Of a stretch of 64,000 nucleotides of DNA, positions 40,340 through 54,831 are shown piece by piece. The notes below the pieces were generated by a model that had not been told where the DNA came from, ran no database searches, and worked only from the letters and a program-made list of their open reading frames with translations. Positions within the stretch are counted from its first letter, which is position 1. Each line of letters starts with the position of its first letter. Origin of the DNA: Tubiluchus corallicola (lineage: Eukaryota; Animalia; Priapulida); contig JAQGDQ010000725.1 in assembly GCA_030141605.1 (NCBI GenBank), forward strand, positions 1 through 64,000, given 5' to 3'. Made by a program: the position numbers and the translations under genes.

Positions 40340-41545
40340 TACTTACGTAAATGTTAAAAAAATCGTCTTGAAATTTTACACCACTTACATACGGACCCTT
40401 TGTATATAGGGCTTGCGTATATATATAGGCAGTAACGCTGTATAAAACTTGTAAATTTAAACTCCCGCGATGATCGTTGGACGCAGCCATTTTGATGGTA
40501 GGTCGTTTGAAACAAGTTTAGATAATATTGAGTAAAGGTTGAACAAATAATCACAGCATTCGTCACTAACTAAGTAAAATTTTAAATTACTATATCTTGT
40601 CAATGAGATTGGAAATACGTTTTTGGTTAGTGAGTGGTGCACCCTGGAGGTGAGTCAACGACATTTTACCAATTGGTGAAAACATTTTAAATAATTAATA
40701 TTTTTTTTCTAGTTACACAAGTCTTTCCATCAGGTAGAAGAAATGGCAAGTAATACAGCTTTGCATGTAAATTTTTTCGGGACACAGTTCAACATTTCCT
40801 TTTCTTCCCCTTACTTACGTTGTCCGTATATGACGTCATGTAATGGCGCGTTAGAAACAGTATTGCGGGAGATTTAAAATGAAAACAAACAAAAAATCCA
40901 AGTACGATATATGCATAAAAATACTGTAAAGTAATATAATTTTTCAAGACGATTTTTGTGAACTTTACTTCGGGTACCTCTTTTCTTGTCCTTTAACCCT
41001 TTCATAATCGTTGTATCCCGTGGGATACGAGAATATTTTCCGCCTTTAAAATTAATAAAATTTTAAAACTGACAGTTATTTGATCTGTTAATAGTTATTT
41101 TGATTTAAGCCAATAACAATAGACTAAAAATGGTGATAAAATGGCAAACTAGAAAATCTACATAGCATAAAAAACTGTGCAAGGAACAGTACTTTAGAGA
41201 CGACTTTGTACAGATCAGCATAGCATGCATACTAAATGTCTTAAACACTTAAAAAATTATCAGCAGTTGCAAAATGAAGCACATTTTACGCTTCCATTCA
41301 ATCCCAATGTATCCCGTGGGATACAGGCTATATTTAGCACACGGATACAGGTAGAAAAAATTATTATTATGTGTAAACAAGATAGACATACTGAACAAAA
41401 GTACCAAGCCAAAAAATTTTTTCTTATTAAAAAATAATTTGAGACTGAAAGGGTTAAAGCTAAATTCTTTTTCGTTTTCCGTCGTTTCTATGTTTATCCG
41501 TGTTTTCCTAGCGGCTAAGTTTGCTTGTGTTCATAGATAAATACG
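40340..41545 (+). mobile_element. Interspersed repeat family C copy hosting a piggyBac MITE
   Basis: Homologous to 28740-29200 (reverse) and 53300-53650. Confidence 0.7.
40997..41453. mobile_element. piggyBac-like MITE
   Basis: TTAA|CCCTTTCA ... TGAAAGGG|TTAA; internal palindrome tgtatcccgtgggatac twice; near-identical inverted copy at 59013-59471. Confidence 0.93.
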
Positions 41546-41554
41546 TTAACACGT

Positions 41555-42265
41555 TGTTGAGATGTCTATCAGCTACTACACGGTGTCATGTGTGTTGAAG
41601 AGCTACTTAGGAAGATTTGTGGAAATGTATGGAATAGCTGTGCAAATGCGAGCCTAATGCGCCGTCGGTAAACCGGCTAGAATCCGGGAAAATCGTCGAG
41701 AGGTGAAACCTGGGCGGTTATCGACGGTGATAAATGATCGTATTCCGTTTCAGTCGGTTTGATTTAATCTCGCGGCTCGTTTTATCTGCACTAGTGTAGT
41801 CCAAGCAGCTTCCTGCTCACTGGTTACTAGCGTTCTGCCTTCTGATTAATTTATTTTCTTGCCAAGACGAGATTCGTCAAATGACAACTATATAGGCCTG
41901 TAGGAGAGATTGAGGGTTCTAACTAAGCTCCGGATCTCGGCGGAGAGTTTTTTCTATTTCCATGGCTTCGCGCGGCGGCCATGTTATTCACGAGGCGAAG
42001 CCATTTCTGTAAGATTGCATCGGCAAAGAGGCATCGTGGTGGGATTACGTGGACTCAGCCGCAATGGGAGATTTTTAATCTGAAGAGATACAAGTTTTAC
42101 GGTTTTTAAGTCATCAGGAATTAGGAGGCGATACATGCGAAGCCAAGAAGATGAGAAAATTGAGAACGGGTATTCCAAACTTATTCATGGCTTCAGTAAA
42201 GCGTTCGCAGCGAAGTTACGTGACAGAAAACTATTATTGTTTTGCTTTTTTCGATAACTGAGACA
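41555..42265 (+). mobile_element. GC-richer insertion into family C, possibly a solo LTR
   Basis: Begins TGT, ends ACA; acacgt duplicated at both junctions (41549-41554, 42263-42268); TATA-like ctatatagg at 41888; host-like sequence resumes after 42268. Confidence 0.4.
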
Positions 42266-42315
42266 CGTAAAAATGACGAAAACCAATTAACTTTCTAAAA
42301 TTAGCTTGTATTTTG

Positions 42316-43086
<771 letters not shown>

Positions 43087-43659
43087 TTTATTGCCAGTAA
43101 AATTAATATTTACCATCGTTAGCAGGGTTAACGGAATTGGAAGGTTTCATAGTCCAAAATTTTCTAATTTTCAGAAAATAGCAACATTATACAAAAGTTA
43201 AAAAAGTTCACGAAAATAAAATTGTAACACTTCATTACAGTGCTTGCAAAAATTAGAAAATTATTGTGTTTTTTTTCATAAGATTTTAAAATGTTGAAAC
43301 AGATCTCAAATACAAAATTGCTGTTCATAATTGACGTTAAGTATGTAAAAATCTACATTGTTGAATCTTCTAGTTTCAGCTGTTAAATGACAGTCTATCA
43401 AAGCGTTTGGATTTCTCCTCAATTCCAGAATTGCAAATACATATTCATATGCCGAATTTATAATTTTCAGGAATAATTGTAATGAATTATACCGAAATTT
43501 TGTATTCAATATAAACATCGGATTTCGAATTAATTTTGTAATTAAATTTTTGATACACAGTTATTGTACTCGGTTCAGTTAAAATGATGCATGAAGCCAG
43601 GGATCAGAAGTTTATGAAGATGATTTAATTAATTAAGTAACATAAGCTTACTAGTTTTA

Positions 43660-44082
43660 GTTTAAACATAATTTATTATAGGATTGGATCAGACAGTTTG
43701 AACAACATGATTTAGGATCCTCACCTCAACAGACTTTATAGACTATTTACAAAAACATTTACAGTAATAATAGACTATAACTACACAAGCTGACAAGTTT
43801 TACTACAAGATTACATTAGATATTAGTAGAAAATGACGGTTAGAAAGTATTAATGTACGAATATTTAAGACTGATGCATTTTATATCAGATAGAAACTAC
43901 TGGAAGCGTTTAGTACGTAATATAAAGTCATGTATGCATTGGAATATTTTACAGTTAGCAACATAGTTAAATTCATCTTTTCCGAATAATAACAACTTCA
44001 ACAGATCATTAGTTCCTAAGGCAGCTATATTAAGGTTTTCAGGCAGAAGTATTTCATTCAGTTTATAAACAATGATATCCAA
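43660..44082 (-). mobile_element. LINE 3' end (CR1/L2-group C-terminus and UTR)
   Basis: LLKLLLFGKDEFNYVANCKIFQCIHDFILRTKRF* matches the LLFG.......N..IF.....FI..TKRF terminal motif. Confidence 0.8.
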
Positions 44083-44214
44083 TGGTAAGCTTACTAAACG
44101 TCATGTAAGCAACTAAATTCCCACAAGACTTGATATACAGGCCAATATGCAGCTAACATCCAATGATCCACAGAAGTATCGTATCTTACCAGACCCATAT
44201 TGTCCACAACACAC

Positions 44215-44412
44215 ATATTTTGGCAAGTGCTTATATGGTGACCTTGACACATTCTGGCAAGCGCTTATATGTGACCTTGACATATTTTGGCAAGCGCTTA
44301 TATGGTGACCTTGACATATTTTGACAAGCGCTTATATGGTGACCTTGACACATTTTGGCAAGCGCTTATATGGTGACCTTGACATATTTTAGCAAGCCCT
44401 TATATGTTGACT
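44215..44412. repeat. 34-bp minisatellite (ttttggcaagcgcttatatggtgaccttgacata), ~6 copies
   Basis: Direct observation. Confidence 0.93.
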
Positions 44413-45014
44413 TCGAGTGTGAAAATGAGAAATCGTTTGATTGCAACAAAAGATGGTTTACAGGAGAAGGCTAAACAGTCCCATAAGTTTCATAACTCTT
44501 CGGTTTTATAAGAAATAATAAAACTAGTAAATTTATAATTTTTTTAACAATCTGCAATCATTTTCCAAGTTCAAAGAAATTCATGTTTGTCGGTTGACGC
44601 ATCAAGAACACTTGCAGTCGCGATAAAATATGACAATTTGTTATTGTGAACTTTTTTAACCTTTCTGGAAACTAGAAATTTTTGGATTATGATATGTTTC
44701 AATTCTGCTTTCCCTGTCAAAAATTGTAAATGTTAATTTTTTTGGTCAATAAACCACTACTACTTACAATATAGGCCTAATCAATATCATATACAATTTT
44801 AAATAAGCAAATCTAAAAATGCCCTGAATGTGACCTCCGTTTCTTGCTGTTATATCTTCCTTAGTAATCAGTTGGTTGAAATATAAATTTTCTGCAAATT
44901 ATATAATTAATCAATACTCTGTTTCTTCAGAGTGGAATTTTCTAAATTTCAATTAAAAACATGTGAGAAACACAGAAAGCATAATTTAATTTTTCTTACA
45001 CAAAAAATAATGTT

Positions 45015-45376
<362 letters not shown>

Positions 45377-45859
45377 CTTTAAATTTGAAGTCGGCTTTTA
45401 GATTAACAATTAACATAACTCAAAGAGCTTTTAGGCCAACTGTAAACAGCAATCCAGTCACTAATAATAGAGACTATTATTACCCCACTTTTACCCTAAA
45501 TACAATGCGCCAGGTAGGGCAACAGCAGGAACCATATTTTTAAAGTGTTTAGTACTGTATCGAACTCACGATTTCCAAAACCGAAAGCAAATTGCGATAC
45601 CACTAGACTAAACCGTTTGATCAAATTTTTAACACTTTGGCATAAGCGAAATCTTGTTTCCTTTTTTGTACTGAGGTTGTTGAAATAGTCGGTTGTAGCC
45701 AATCGTTTTTTTACATTAAACAATCCTGAATAAAAAATGAAAATATTTTTAATAGTTTTTTTAGCGAGATCTTGCAAACATTACTTGTATTTTCATTAAA
45801 CATTTAAAATCATCTAGGTAACTACATAAAATATGTAAATTGTGATACAATATACAAAA

Positions 45860-46070
45860 CTGGGTGGTATAGCTTGCTGTCGGAAGGTCAAGGGTTCAAC
45901 TCCCGACTGAGTCGTACCAAAAAATTGTAGCGCTGGTTTTTCGACCAAGCACGGGCGGGTTTATCGAAGTAATAGGTGCGGGGTAATAATAATCGGGACC
46001 ACCTTGGAAATAAGTTTTGAGTTACTTAAGGTGTCATCCTCGGACTATGTCCTAAACAAAATTAATACAT
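45860..46070 (+). mobile_element. tRNA-derived SINE (degenerate)
   Basis: B box GGTTCAACTCC at 45893-45903 followed by gactgagtcgtaccaaa (conserved SINE body-like) and LINE-type tail gggaccaccttggaaataag...ggtgtcatcctcgg. Confidence 0.6.
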
Positions 46071-46791
46071 TATTAGGGTGAAGTTTACGATTTTCCCACG
46101 CAAGAAATTAGTTCGTAAAGCGGATTAGGATTAAGGTGTTAGGGTTTTTAAAATTGTATGTGGAATTGCAAACTCCTTCCAATTACTATAACTTATATTA
46201 TTATTAGTTTAGTTGTATTTGAGTAAATGTAAATTTTTATTAGTAGTAATATTATTTATTAGGCCTTTTTAAAACATTGATCGTCATAATCCAAGATTTA
46301 AAGATAAAAAATTAAAGATAAACAATTAGTGTTACAATTGCGCGCAACTGCCTGCGCAGGCATGCAACTTTTAGTTGCACAAATGAGAAATTTTGAATTT
46401 TGCAACTAAAAACTGTAGTCAGCGTCATCGCGGGACCTTATTGTCACGCACTTTCTGATTTTCTTAGAAGAATTTATAACGAAATGTAGGTTAGTTACTT
46501 TCAATCAAAATTCAAAAACAAAAACAGATATCCGAGTAGAAATTTGAAAAACCTACTTTTGTGTACAAAAGTGTGAAATGTAGGCTATAAAAACTCTACG
46601 TACATCAGAGAAACTAAGCAAAACGATTTGAACGATTCTCAGTGGTACATAAATCAGGTCTTCACAGGTTCTGGCTTTAAACAGTTTGTTGTAAATAGTG
46701 GAAATACGAAAATTTGTAAAAAAAATTCAATTATCTACCTACGGTATGACCGAAAGCTGTAAAAACTGTGAAAACTTTGATAATATCTACA

Positions 46792-46972
46792 CAGGGCCTT
46801 AAGCATAGGCAAACTAGGCAACCGCCTAGGGCCTCACCCTCCAGGGGGGCCTCACGCCAAGGTAACATACATTATAGTTTTTAATAAATTGCGTAATTTT
46901 ATTTTTTCCGTATTTATTTTTTATTTTTCTATTTCATTTGGGCCACCAAATTCACTTCGCCTAGGGCCTCCA
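46792..46972 (+). mobile_element. CAGGG-ended MITE fragment related to both hAT-like families
   Basis: cagggccttaagcataggcaaactaggca (like 30986) joined to gggcctcaccctccaggggggcctc.cgccaaggtaacat (like 13521). Confidence 0.7.
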
Positions 46973-47806
46973 ACTTTTGAAAAATAACAATAATTGTCTT
47001 AAAATTTACTATAAATACTTAAAGGGATCCAAAGATCTGATGACGTCAAAACCGTTTAGTTCTCCTAATGCAATTAAAAATTTATAGTTAACATCAAAAT
47101 TAAAATCATTACTTCCACATAGATGCACGACAACAGCTCAATGCAATGTTACGGTCTAACATTCATAATGTTTCTGAAGAAGCCATGTTTTTGCTTATAA
47201 TATACGGGGGAATTTTGAAATCGCACATCTTAAAAAACTGATTGTGTTTCAAGCGTTTTACTTTCATTCGTGTTACAAATCACGTGACTTAATTTAACCT
47301 GTTTTAAATTAAAACGTTGTTTAATAACCGTTTTTTTAAAATCACCAGACATTAAACATTGTTTGAAAAATTTAAAAGTATTTTAAGCCTGTAAAGTTAT
47401 TTTCTCTACAAGCTTGTTTGAATTTTCCATTTAATGTCGCATATTAGTGTTAATAAAACTAAAAATTAAGCTATTTTTAAGCTATAAACAATTGAAATAT
47501 TTTATACAACTGAAGGTTTTAAGCCTTTGTATAATAATACTGTACATGTAACATGTCAGTGATAAAGTAGTGTTGCTATTGAACGATAACAATAACACGT
47601 CCTAAACAAACGTTTTGAAGAAAAAACGAACTTTGCTTCTGATTTTTTCAAGCGGAATTTATGTAAGTAATTGTATGTGACTTTTTAAAGTTATAGAAAA
47701 CAGGATGTTAAACGATTTCTGTAAAATAGTTTCCGCTTCTTAAACCTCGAGATAAATGTCCATAATTATTCTCACTTGTTAAAGTGTTATCCAGTTTAAA
47801 CAAAGC

Positions 47807-47841
<35 letters not shown>

Positions 47842-48416
47842 CTTGAAGCATAAATGTAGGTTACATATAAATCTGCACATTCGAGAAAAAACTGAAATAT
47901 TAAAAACGCAATAATAAGTAGAGATAAATGAAAAAAAAACAAAAATTTTACCTATTTGGCTGTTAATTTACATGAATTGAAGCAAGTGAAAGGGAAGTAA
48001 AACACATTATGGGGAAGAGTCAGTTATTACTCCAGCAAAGTGGATTACGTACATTCACGTTCGTACAGCTGATTAAAATATGCAAGTAGTTTTAAAATCA
48101 CAGCGAATTGGCAAAAAAGTAGGCTGAATTGAAATCTTCATAAAAAGCACAATGTCGCTTCCGTCACAACAAACGAATTTCATTTAAATTCCACACGATT
48201 ACATATATCAAGTCTTTAAGTTATGAAAGACAAAAAGACATGATTTAGAATACTTAGTTTATAAATTAAAGTTATCATAGCTTACACATGCTGTATTTTT
48301 ATAACTTATACACATAACTCGTAACTCAGCAAAAAACTCATATATCCAAAATATGAGAATAACCACCTACTTTTGAAAAATGTTTAAAATAAGCAAGTCA
48401 CGACCTCTTTCAAATT

Positions 48417-48810
48417 ACCTTGTTTATTGAGGGATGATCTTTTGGCTACTATAGCCATCAACTACAAATCTAGCCAAAAAGAAGAATAAATAATACATTA
48501 ATGATACAAAGGCACAAACTGGAACAACAAAACAACAGATTAGAATTTAACTTATCAAATCAAACGAGGTTGTAATGGAATTAATTGCCGAGAAATGTAC
48601 AAAATTTTTACCTAACGCATGAGAACCGGAAAAGAACATAACATATACTTCTAATCTGTTGTTTTGTAGTTTCAGTTAATGTATCATTAATGTGTCATTG
48701 ATGCATTATCTTTGTATCATTAATGTATTATTTATTCTTCTTCTTTGATTTGATTTAAAGTTTGGTCATGGCTTCAGTAGCTGAAACGATCATCACTGAA
48801 TAAACAGGGT
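48417..48810. mobile_element. Inverted pair resembling Penelope-like pseudo-LTR ends
   Basis: Arms 48417-48545 and 48649-48810; arm consensus TGATGGCTA-tag-TAGCCGAAACGATC followed by AATAAAC. Confidence 0.55.
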
Positions 48811-49375
48811 GAGTCCTAGAAGCTGACTATTTCATGCGTCATTCAAATTAACACATAATTATATTCACGTAACTTCTTTCATAATAATTAATACTTGTTT
48901 GACATGTTTCTTTTTGTTCTTATAAGTCGCAATTTTTTTATTTTGTTTTGCAAAATTTCGTCATCTCCAGAACGTGAGAAAAACACTCGAGATGGTCACT
49001 TGTTTTTCTCAAATATCAAGCTCCCAAAATACCAAAAAAAACCTAGTCCACTTTCAAACATCCTCTGTTTAATTTGGGAGTGTGAAGTTTTGCTAAAATT
49101 ATCTATTAGATTTTTTAGTAATCTATTAGTATTACTAGTATTAGTAGAAGTATTAGTAGAATTACTAGTAATCATAGTTTGCCAATGTTAGTTCTAATTC
49201 ACACAACTGCAGTAATATGATAACATTTAAGATATTAAACTTAAGCTAAGTATGTTGTTAAAAGCAGTTTAATAGCTTCCTCACTACTGTCATTAAGCGT
49301 AAAATATTACTTCAATTAAAACCAATTTTTGCATTTCGTAGAAAATTTTAATTTGGCCTAGGTTTTTGGCAGATC

Positions 49376-50694
49376 AGATAGATTAGATTATAAACTTTGT
49401 TTTTGTTTTAGTTGTAAATCAAAGGTCTATATTTTCCTTACGCTCGTTACAGCCACACACAAGTATACAATCAGACCTTTCTTTCAATTTTTATTGTTTG
49501 GTCGCAAATTTCTCGTTTATCTGTTCTATATTCACGTCTTGTAGACTGAATTCTTAATAAGATGCCTTTTATTGATAGGAAAAATTTTATTGTGTGCTAG
49601 AAATCAAATGAAAACTAAGATATTTTTCATGTCCAAAAAGATTCTCACAAACTAAACTATTCCCCCCTCTCCACAGACTAAACGTTGCAACACTAGACAT
49701 ACCACAAAGTTTAATTACCTCTACTCAAAATTGAACCGATAAAATTTAATACTTTTATTAAACAAACAAAACGTTTCGTTATATGATCACATATACATTT
49801 CGTTTTCAGTATATGAAAACTATTCCCCCCTCTCCACAGACTAAACGTTGCAACACCAGATATACCACCAAGTTTAAATTACCTGTTCTCAAAACTGAAC
49901 TGATAAAATTTAATACTCTTATTAAACAAACAAAACGATTCGTTATATGATCACATATACATTTCGTTTTCAGTATATGTTCATACCAATTGTTGAAGAT
50001 TTTGACTTACAGTTGGTTAAAAGTGACAATGCTGGAAGCACCTCACGAAATGTTTTGTTCAAACCTGAACTAGAAAAAAATATTAATTCAATACTGTATA
50101 TTTAGCTGTCAATGATTCCTTATTCGCAGCTTTTTTGTCCAGATTTTGTTCAAATCTTTGTTCAAAATCAGTTTAATAAACTTTAAACGGCATGTTAGCA
50201 AATTTAAATGTGTGTTTTGCCAATTTTTCATGCTGTACTAGAGTAATTTGTATTAACCTTGTTTTGAATAACTTTATTTAATAAACTATTATATATAAAT
50301 ATATATAAGTTTAATAAAAGTATTAAATTCTATCAGTTCAATTTTGAGTACAGGGAATTAAACTTTGTGGTACGTCTAGTGTTGCAACGTTTAATCTGTG
50401 GAGAGGGGGAATAGTTTAGTTTGTGTGAATCTTTTTGGACATGAAAAATATCTTACTTTTCATTTGATTTCTAGCACACAATAAAACTTTTCCTATCAAT
50501 AAAAGGCATCTAATTAAGAATTCAGTCTACAAGACGTGAATATAGAACGATAAATGAGAAATTTGCGACCAAAACGATAGAAATTGAAAGAAATGTCTGA
50601 TTGTATATTCGTGTGTGGCTGTAACGAGCGGAATGAACATATAGACCTTTGATTTAAAAGTAAATAAAAACAAAGTTTATAATCTAATCTATCT
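49376..50694. repeat. Long foldback: ~388-bp inverted arms (49376-49764, 50309-50694) abutting (TATC)n
   Basis: Arms align end to end with scattered mismatches; ~160-bp tandem duplication at 49655-49978. Confidence 0.93.
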
Positions 50695-50702
50695 AATATA
50701 CA

Positions 50703-50704
<2 letters not shown>

Positions 50705-50764
<60 letters not shown>

Positions 50765-50812
50765 ACTATCTATCTATCTATCTATCTATATATATATATA
50801 TATATATATATA
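50705..50812. repeat. (TATC)n/(TA)n microsatellite
   Basis: Direct observation. Confidence 0.95.
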
Positions 50813-51771
50813 TGACCGTTTATAATTTATAATTTTCTTCATCGAGGAATGCAATTTTAACAAATTTATTACGTAAATGTTGCTCATCCATCGCATACAG
50901 TTGCAATATTAATGCACGCACCATCATAAGACATGGTAACTCTTTGCCACTAATTTGCTCTGTATTTGCAATTTTAGTTCAAAGCGTCGCTAAATGTAAG
51001 CCAAGAAAAGACGCCGTAATATAACAAATGTAACTTTAAATTTCACCTTGTAAATAAATCTTAATCTAATTTTAAAAAATTAAAGTTTAATTAAATTCAA
51101 AATTTTGTAAAAACACTACCTATTTCACAGAGACAACAGGAATAGAATCATTAACGATTATATAAAAGTTAAAAGAAAGCATAGGTTCTGAAAAAATTAC
51201 AATTTTTTTCTGCTGTTATGTATGGCTCCATTGCAACATACATATATAATATTATATTTTTAGAATGCAAGTGTCATAATAAACAAAAGTAATTTTATTT
51301 TACACACTAAACGTGCAAATTTATATATACCTTTACTTTTAATGGGCTGAACATAATTTATAGATATATTTATATACGTCCATAATTATATTTACATATA
51401 TTGTTCTAGGGGTATCTACGAAAACCCACTAAAGGCATTAATTCATTCCACACAAAACGTACGAATTAAACAAACATATTATAACCAAATAGTACAATAT
51501 TACCAAATTATGTCACTGTTACAATTGTACATAATAATTTAGAAAATTTAGAGAAATGTCTTTTAATTTTTTAAAAACAGTTGTTAATTAGAATAGAAAT
51601 GGTTCTAAGGCAGACAGGTGTAAAATATTTCTGTTATGGTAGGGTAAATATAAAAAAATGAAAATTTAAAATAACTAATATCGAAAAATATCCACAGCAT
51701 TCCAAAATTCAGAAAAGTGTCAGTTAATTTCTCACATCTGTTATAACTCACTAACACTTACCCTAGATTTT

Positions 51772-52056
51772 TTCAAAAAATCTTTAGAAACAACAGCTAC
51801 GACTACAAAACAATGATAGTAGCATCACATTGTTTTTTTTATAATTGCAATAATTGTTTCTGAAGAGCTGTAAGTGAAACTACAGTAACAACTGGTACTG
51901 TGTACTTTTGGTTTAAGATGAAACAACATAGTAACAATTGTTACTGTAGTTTCACTTGCAGCACATCATAAACAATTATTGCAACTGTAAGAAAACAATG
52001 TGACGCTTCTATCATTGTTTTATAGTCGTAGCTGTTGTTTCTAGAGATTTTTTCAA
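51772..52056. repeat. Long hairpin: ~130-bp arms, ~22-nt loop
   Basis: aaaaaatctttagaaacaacagctacgactacaaaacaatgatag...gtgaaactacagtaacaa pairs with ttgttactgtagtttcac...ctatcattgttttatagtcgtagctgttgtttctagagatttttt. Confidence 0.93.
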
Positions 52057-52269
52057 AACTCTTTATTGAACTGATAATCCAAATACTGATTAGTGTAAGA
52101 AACGACACAAATGACAAACAGACACACATTCTATTTTGGTACAAAAACAGTTAGTAGAGAAGATTTGTTCATATACCTCGATCACACCAAGATGGTATGC
52201 ATAAATTAAGTTGACGTTAACACTTTGTCCAAACCGCTAGTTAAAGTAGTTATTTTTTCAGCATTTTTC

Positions 52270-53024
52270 GTGATAACCTTGTAAGGTCGGTGCTTCTCCT
52301 ACTGCACATAAAAACTTTGACGGCTTACCAGGGCCTGCGATGATATTTAATACGTACCTAAGTACAATAGGTGAAATCTTTATACCAATTAGCTGGCGTG
52401 AGCACAGGCTAGGTTTTATACGTAATAAATGATTGCGGATTCTCTGTACGTAATCACAATGCGGTCGGCGAATATCAAAGTTGCACACTACACGCCAAAG
52501 CTCGCATCGCTGCCTGGAATCATTAATACTTGTCAGATCTCCCATCCAATATCTGAGGGAACCGATTTGAAAAATTATCTAAAAGTACCAGCTGGTAAAT
52601 TAGTTATCGGTCTGTGAATGGCCGTGTCCTAACTAGTATCGCGATGAGAAGGTGAGAATTGGGCGAATGATGTATAGGCTGGTTAGGGCAAAATAAAGGA
52701 CTGCGCTTTTACATCTTAACCGCCTTGTATAACAAATAAATGACTCTGTCAAAAGCGCGAGGGCTGCCCTTTTTCTGCACTGTGTGGTCGATGCCTGGTG
52801 AACAAAGTTGCCGAAATTTATATACCCGCTAGCTCTGTAAGCGCTGATGAGGCGGGCAGGTTTCACGTCCTACGTGTGTGCTTGTAACATGCTCCGACAA
52901 GTGATGAACGAGTGACCCCGGGCGACATTCGGACGGACCGAAATAAACTCTAACGACGTTTTAATGTCAGTGGTGTCTTTCAAACTGACTTTAGAACTCT
53001 AAGGAATCATTGAACTGCGTGACA
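52270..53024 (+). mobile_element. Possible solo LTR-like segment
   Basis: GC-richer block with tttatata (52817), AATAAA (52942) and end cgtgaca; shares ggcgacattcgg and aactcta.g with the minus strand of 32370-32580. No TSD found. Confidence 0.3.
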
Positions 53025-54740
53025 CGTAAATTGCTTTTGTTGTTTTTAAGCCTGTAGATCTTTGCCACCCATGTTGTAGCTTGCAGTCAACAGTCACAGA
53101 AATTACCTACCTGGAAATTATTCTATGACTGATAAAAATTTTGCCTGAAAAGGTCTTCACTACACTGACTGTAGCATCTTAACACACAGTAACTCATTGT
53201 AGTCGGTCCACACATATTACTGTAATCTGATCGTCATTTTGTGAAAAGGCAAGCACGTTAAAATTGTAATCGTTAAAGCAAAAGTAAGCACTCTTCATAA
53301 ATCAGCTTACAAAATTTGTCTTGAAATTTTATATCACTTACATGCTTATAGATGACTTACTGCATATAGATAACTTTAGATAACACTGCATAAGGTTTGA
53401 AAGAAATAATCAGAGCACTCGTAACGTACTCCACCAACTAAGCAACAGTTCAAATTACTATCAATAAGATCAATTACGTGTTTTGGTGTATCGGTGGTGC
53501 ACACTGGGATAGTGAAACAGTAATGTTTTACTAGGTGGCGCGAATATTTTCTTCTCCCGTTACATAAGTCTTTCAGCAGGTAAGTAATACAACTTATAAA
53601 GAACGTTCTTTTGGAACATAGTTTTAAAATTGCTTTTTCTTCCCGTTCAAACTTTATTCAGTCTAAGGTGGATATATTACCTCAATCACTGAATGCAGTC
53701 AGCAAAATTTCTTTGACGGGCACATATCTTTAGCATATTAAGCTGTCAGATGAAATGTAGTAATTTTATCCGTCATTCTAATTTTCCCGCAAAATATATT
53801 TTTATATATAGCGGTAGCACTTTCTGAGAAACAGTCATCCAGTACTAATACAGGGTTTAGTAATGTACTAATCTCACTAATTGCTCTAAGTTCATCACAT
53901 CTTCGCATCCTATCTAGACCTTCTAGGCCTTATTGTTTATTGTTTATTTATCTCACATCGACACAAAAACACGATTAATACATTAAAAGAAACAAAAAGT
54001 TATCAATAATTCAATGAATAACAAACAATAAGATACATAATAAGAAGCAAAATTTGGAAAAAATGATTTAAACTGTCTTTAGACGTAGGTCAACCTATGG
54101 TAAACAAAGATAGTGGTATCGCTACTTCCTTTAATACTGGTGTCTAAACAACGTTATGTACAGCATCATTACAAATATACTAACTTGACTCTCAAAACAC
54201 TGTGGGGTTGAAAGATAAACAAGAGAATTATCGCTGTTGTATGTTGCTTAGTAAATTCGTATACAGTTTAGTTTGAGCACATAACTAGTTTAGATATACC
54301 ACAGTTTAGGTTTGCTATACATACAAATGTAAATGTGTTGCGGGCAATCAAAAAGCAGGGTTTGTTAGATTGCCCCACACTGTGAAAGAAAAAAAGTAAT
54401 GAAAATAATCTGAAAATTTAGCATTATCCTAGAACATTATACACTTTTCACAGAGGTTTTGCACCATTTTCTGCTAGTCCATTGATTCGTGAGTTCCACA
54501 CGCGGTTTCTTTGCTAAATACAACTTAGGGTTAGAGGTCGCTTGCTATAATCAGTGTTTTAACGAAATAAAAATAATCGTAAAAAAGCATCTCTTTTAAA
54601 CCAGATATCAACGTAAGTAAAATTATAACTAGCGATAAAAATGGGAAGACGAGTCTACCAGTGGCTCAAGCCTACTCTATTGTTAAAGGAAAATTCCTGT
54701 TAGCAGATGAAACGACCTTAGTTTGTCCTTGGCTGATCAG

Positions 54741-54831
54741 TTGGTTTCTCCTGGAATAGCAACAGAACATTGTACAACTTGGACTCTATCCAGCAGGCGA
54801 TCAATAAAATAGTGTGTACGATCACGCACGT
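54741..54831 (+). CDS. Candidate coding exon (xGFSWNSNRTLYNLDSIQQAINKIVCTITHV), product unknown
   Basis: Acceptor gatcag| and donor |gtaagc; open frame ends in phase 2, matching the next exon. Confidence 0.45.

Noticed and set aside
52843-52943. Hammerhead from ctgatgag...cgaaa
   Set aside because: Could not form convincing stems I-III around the core by eye.
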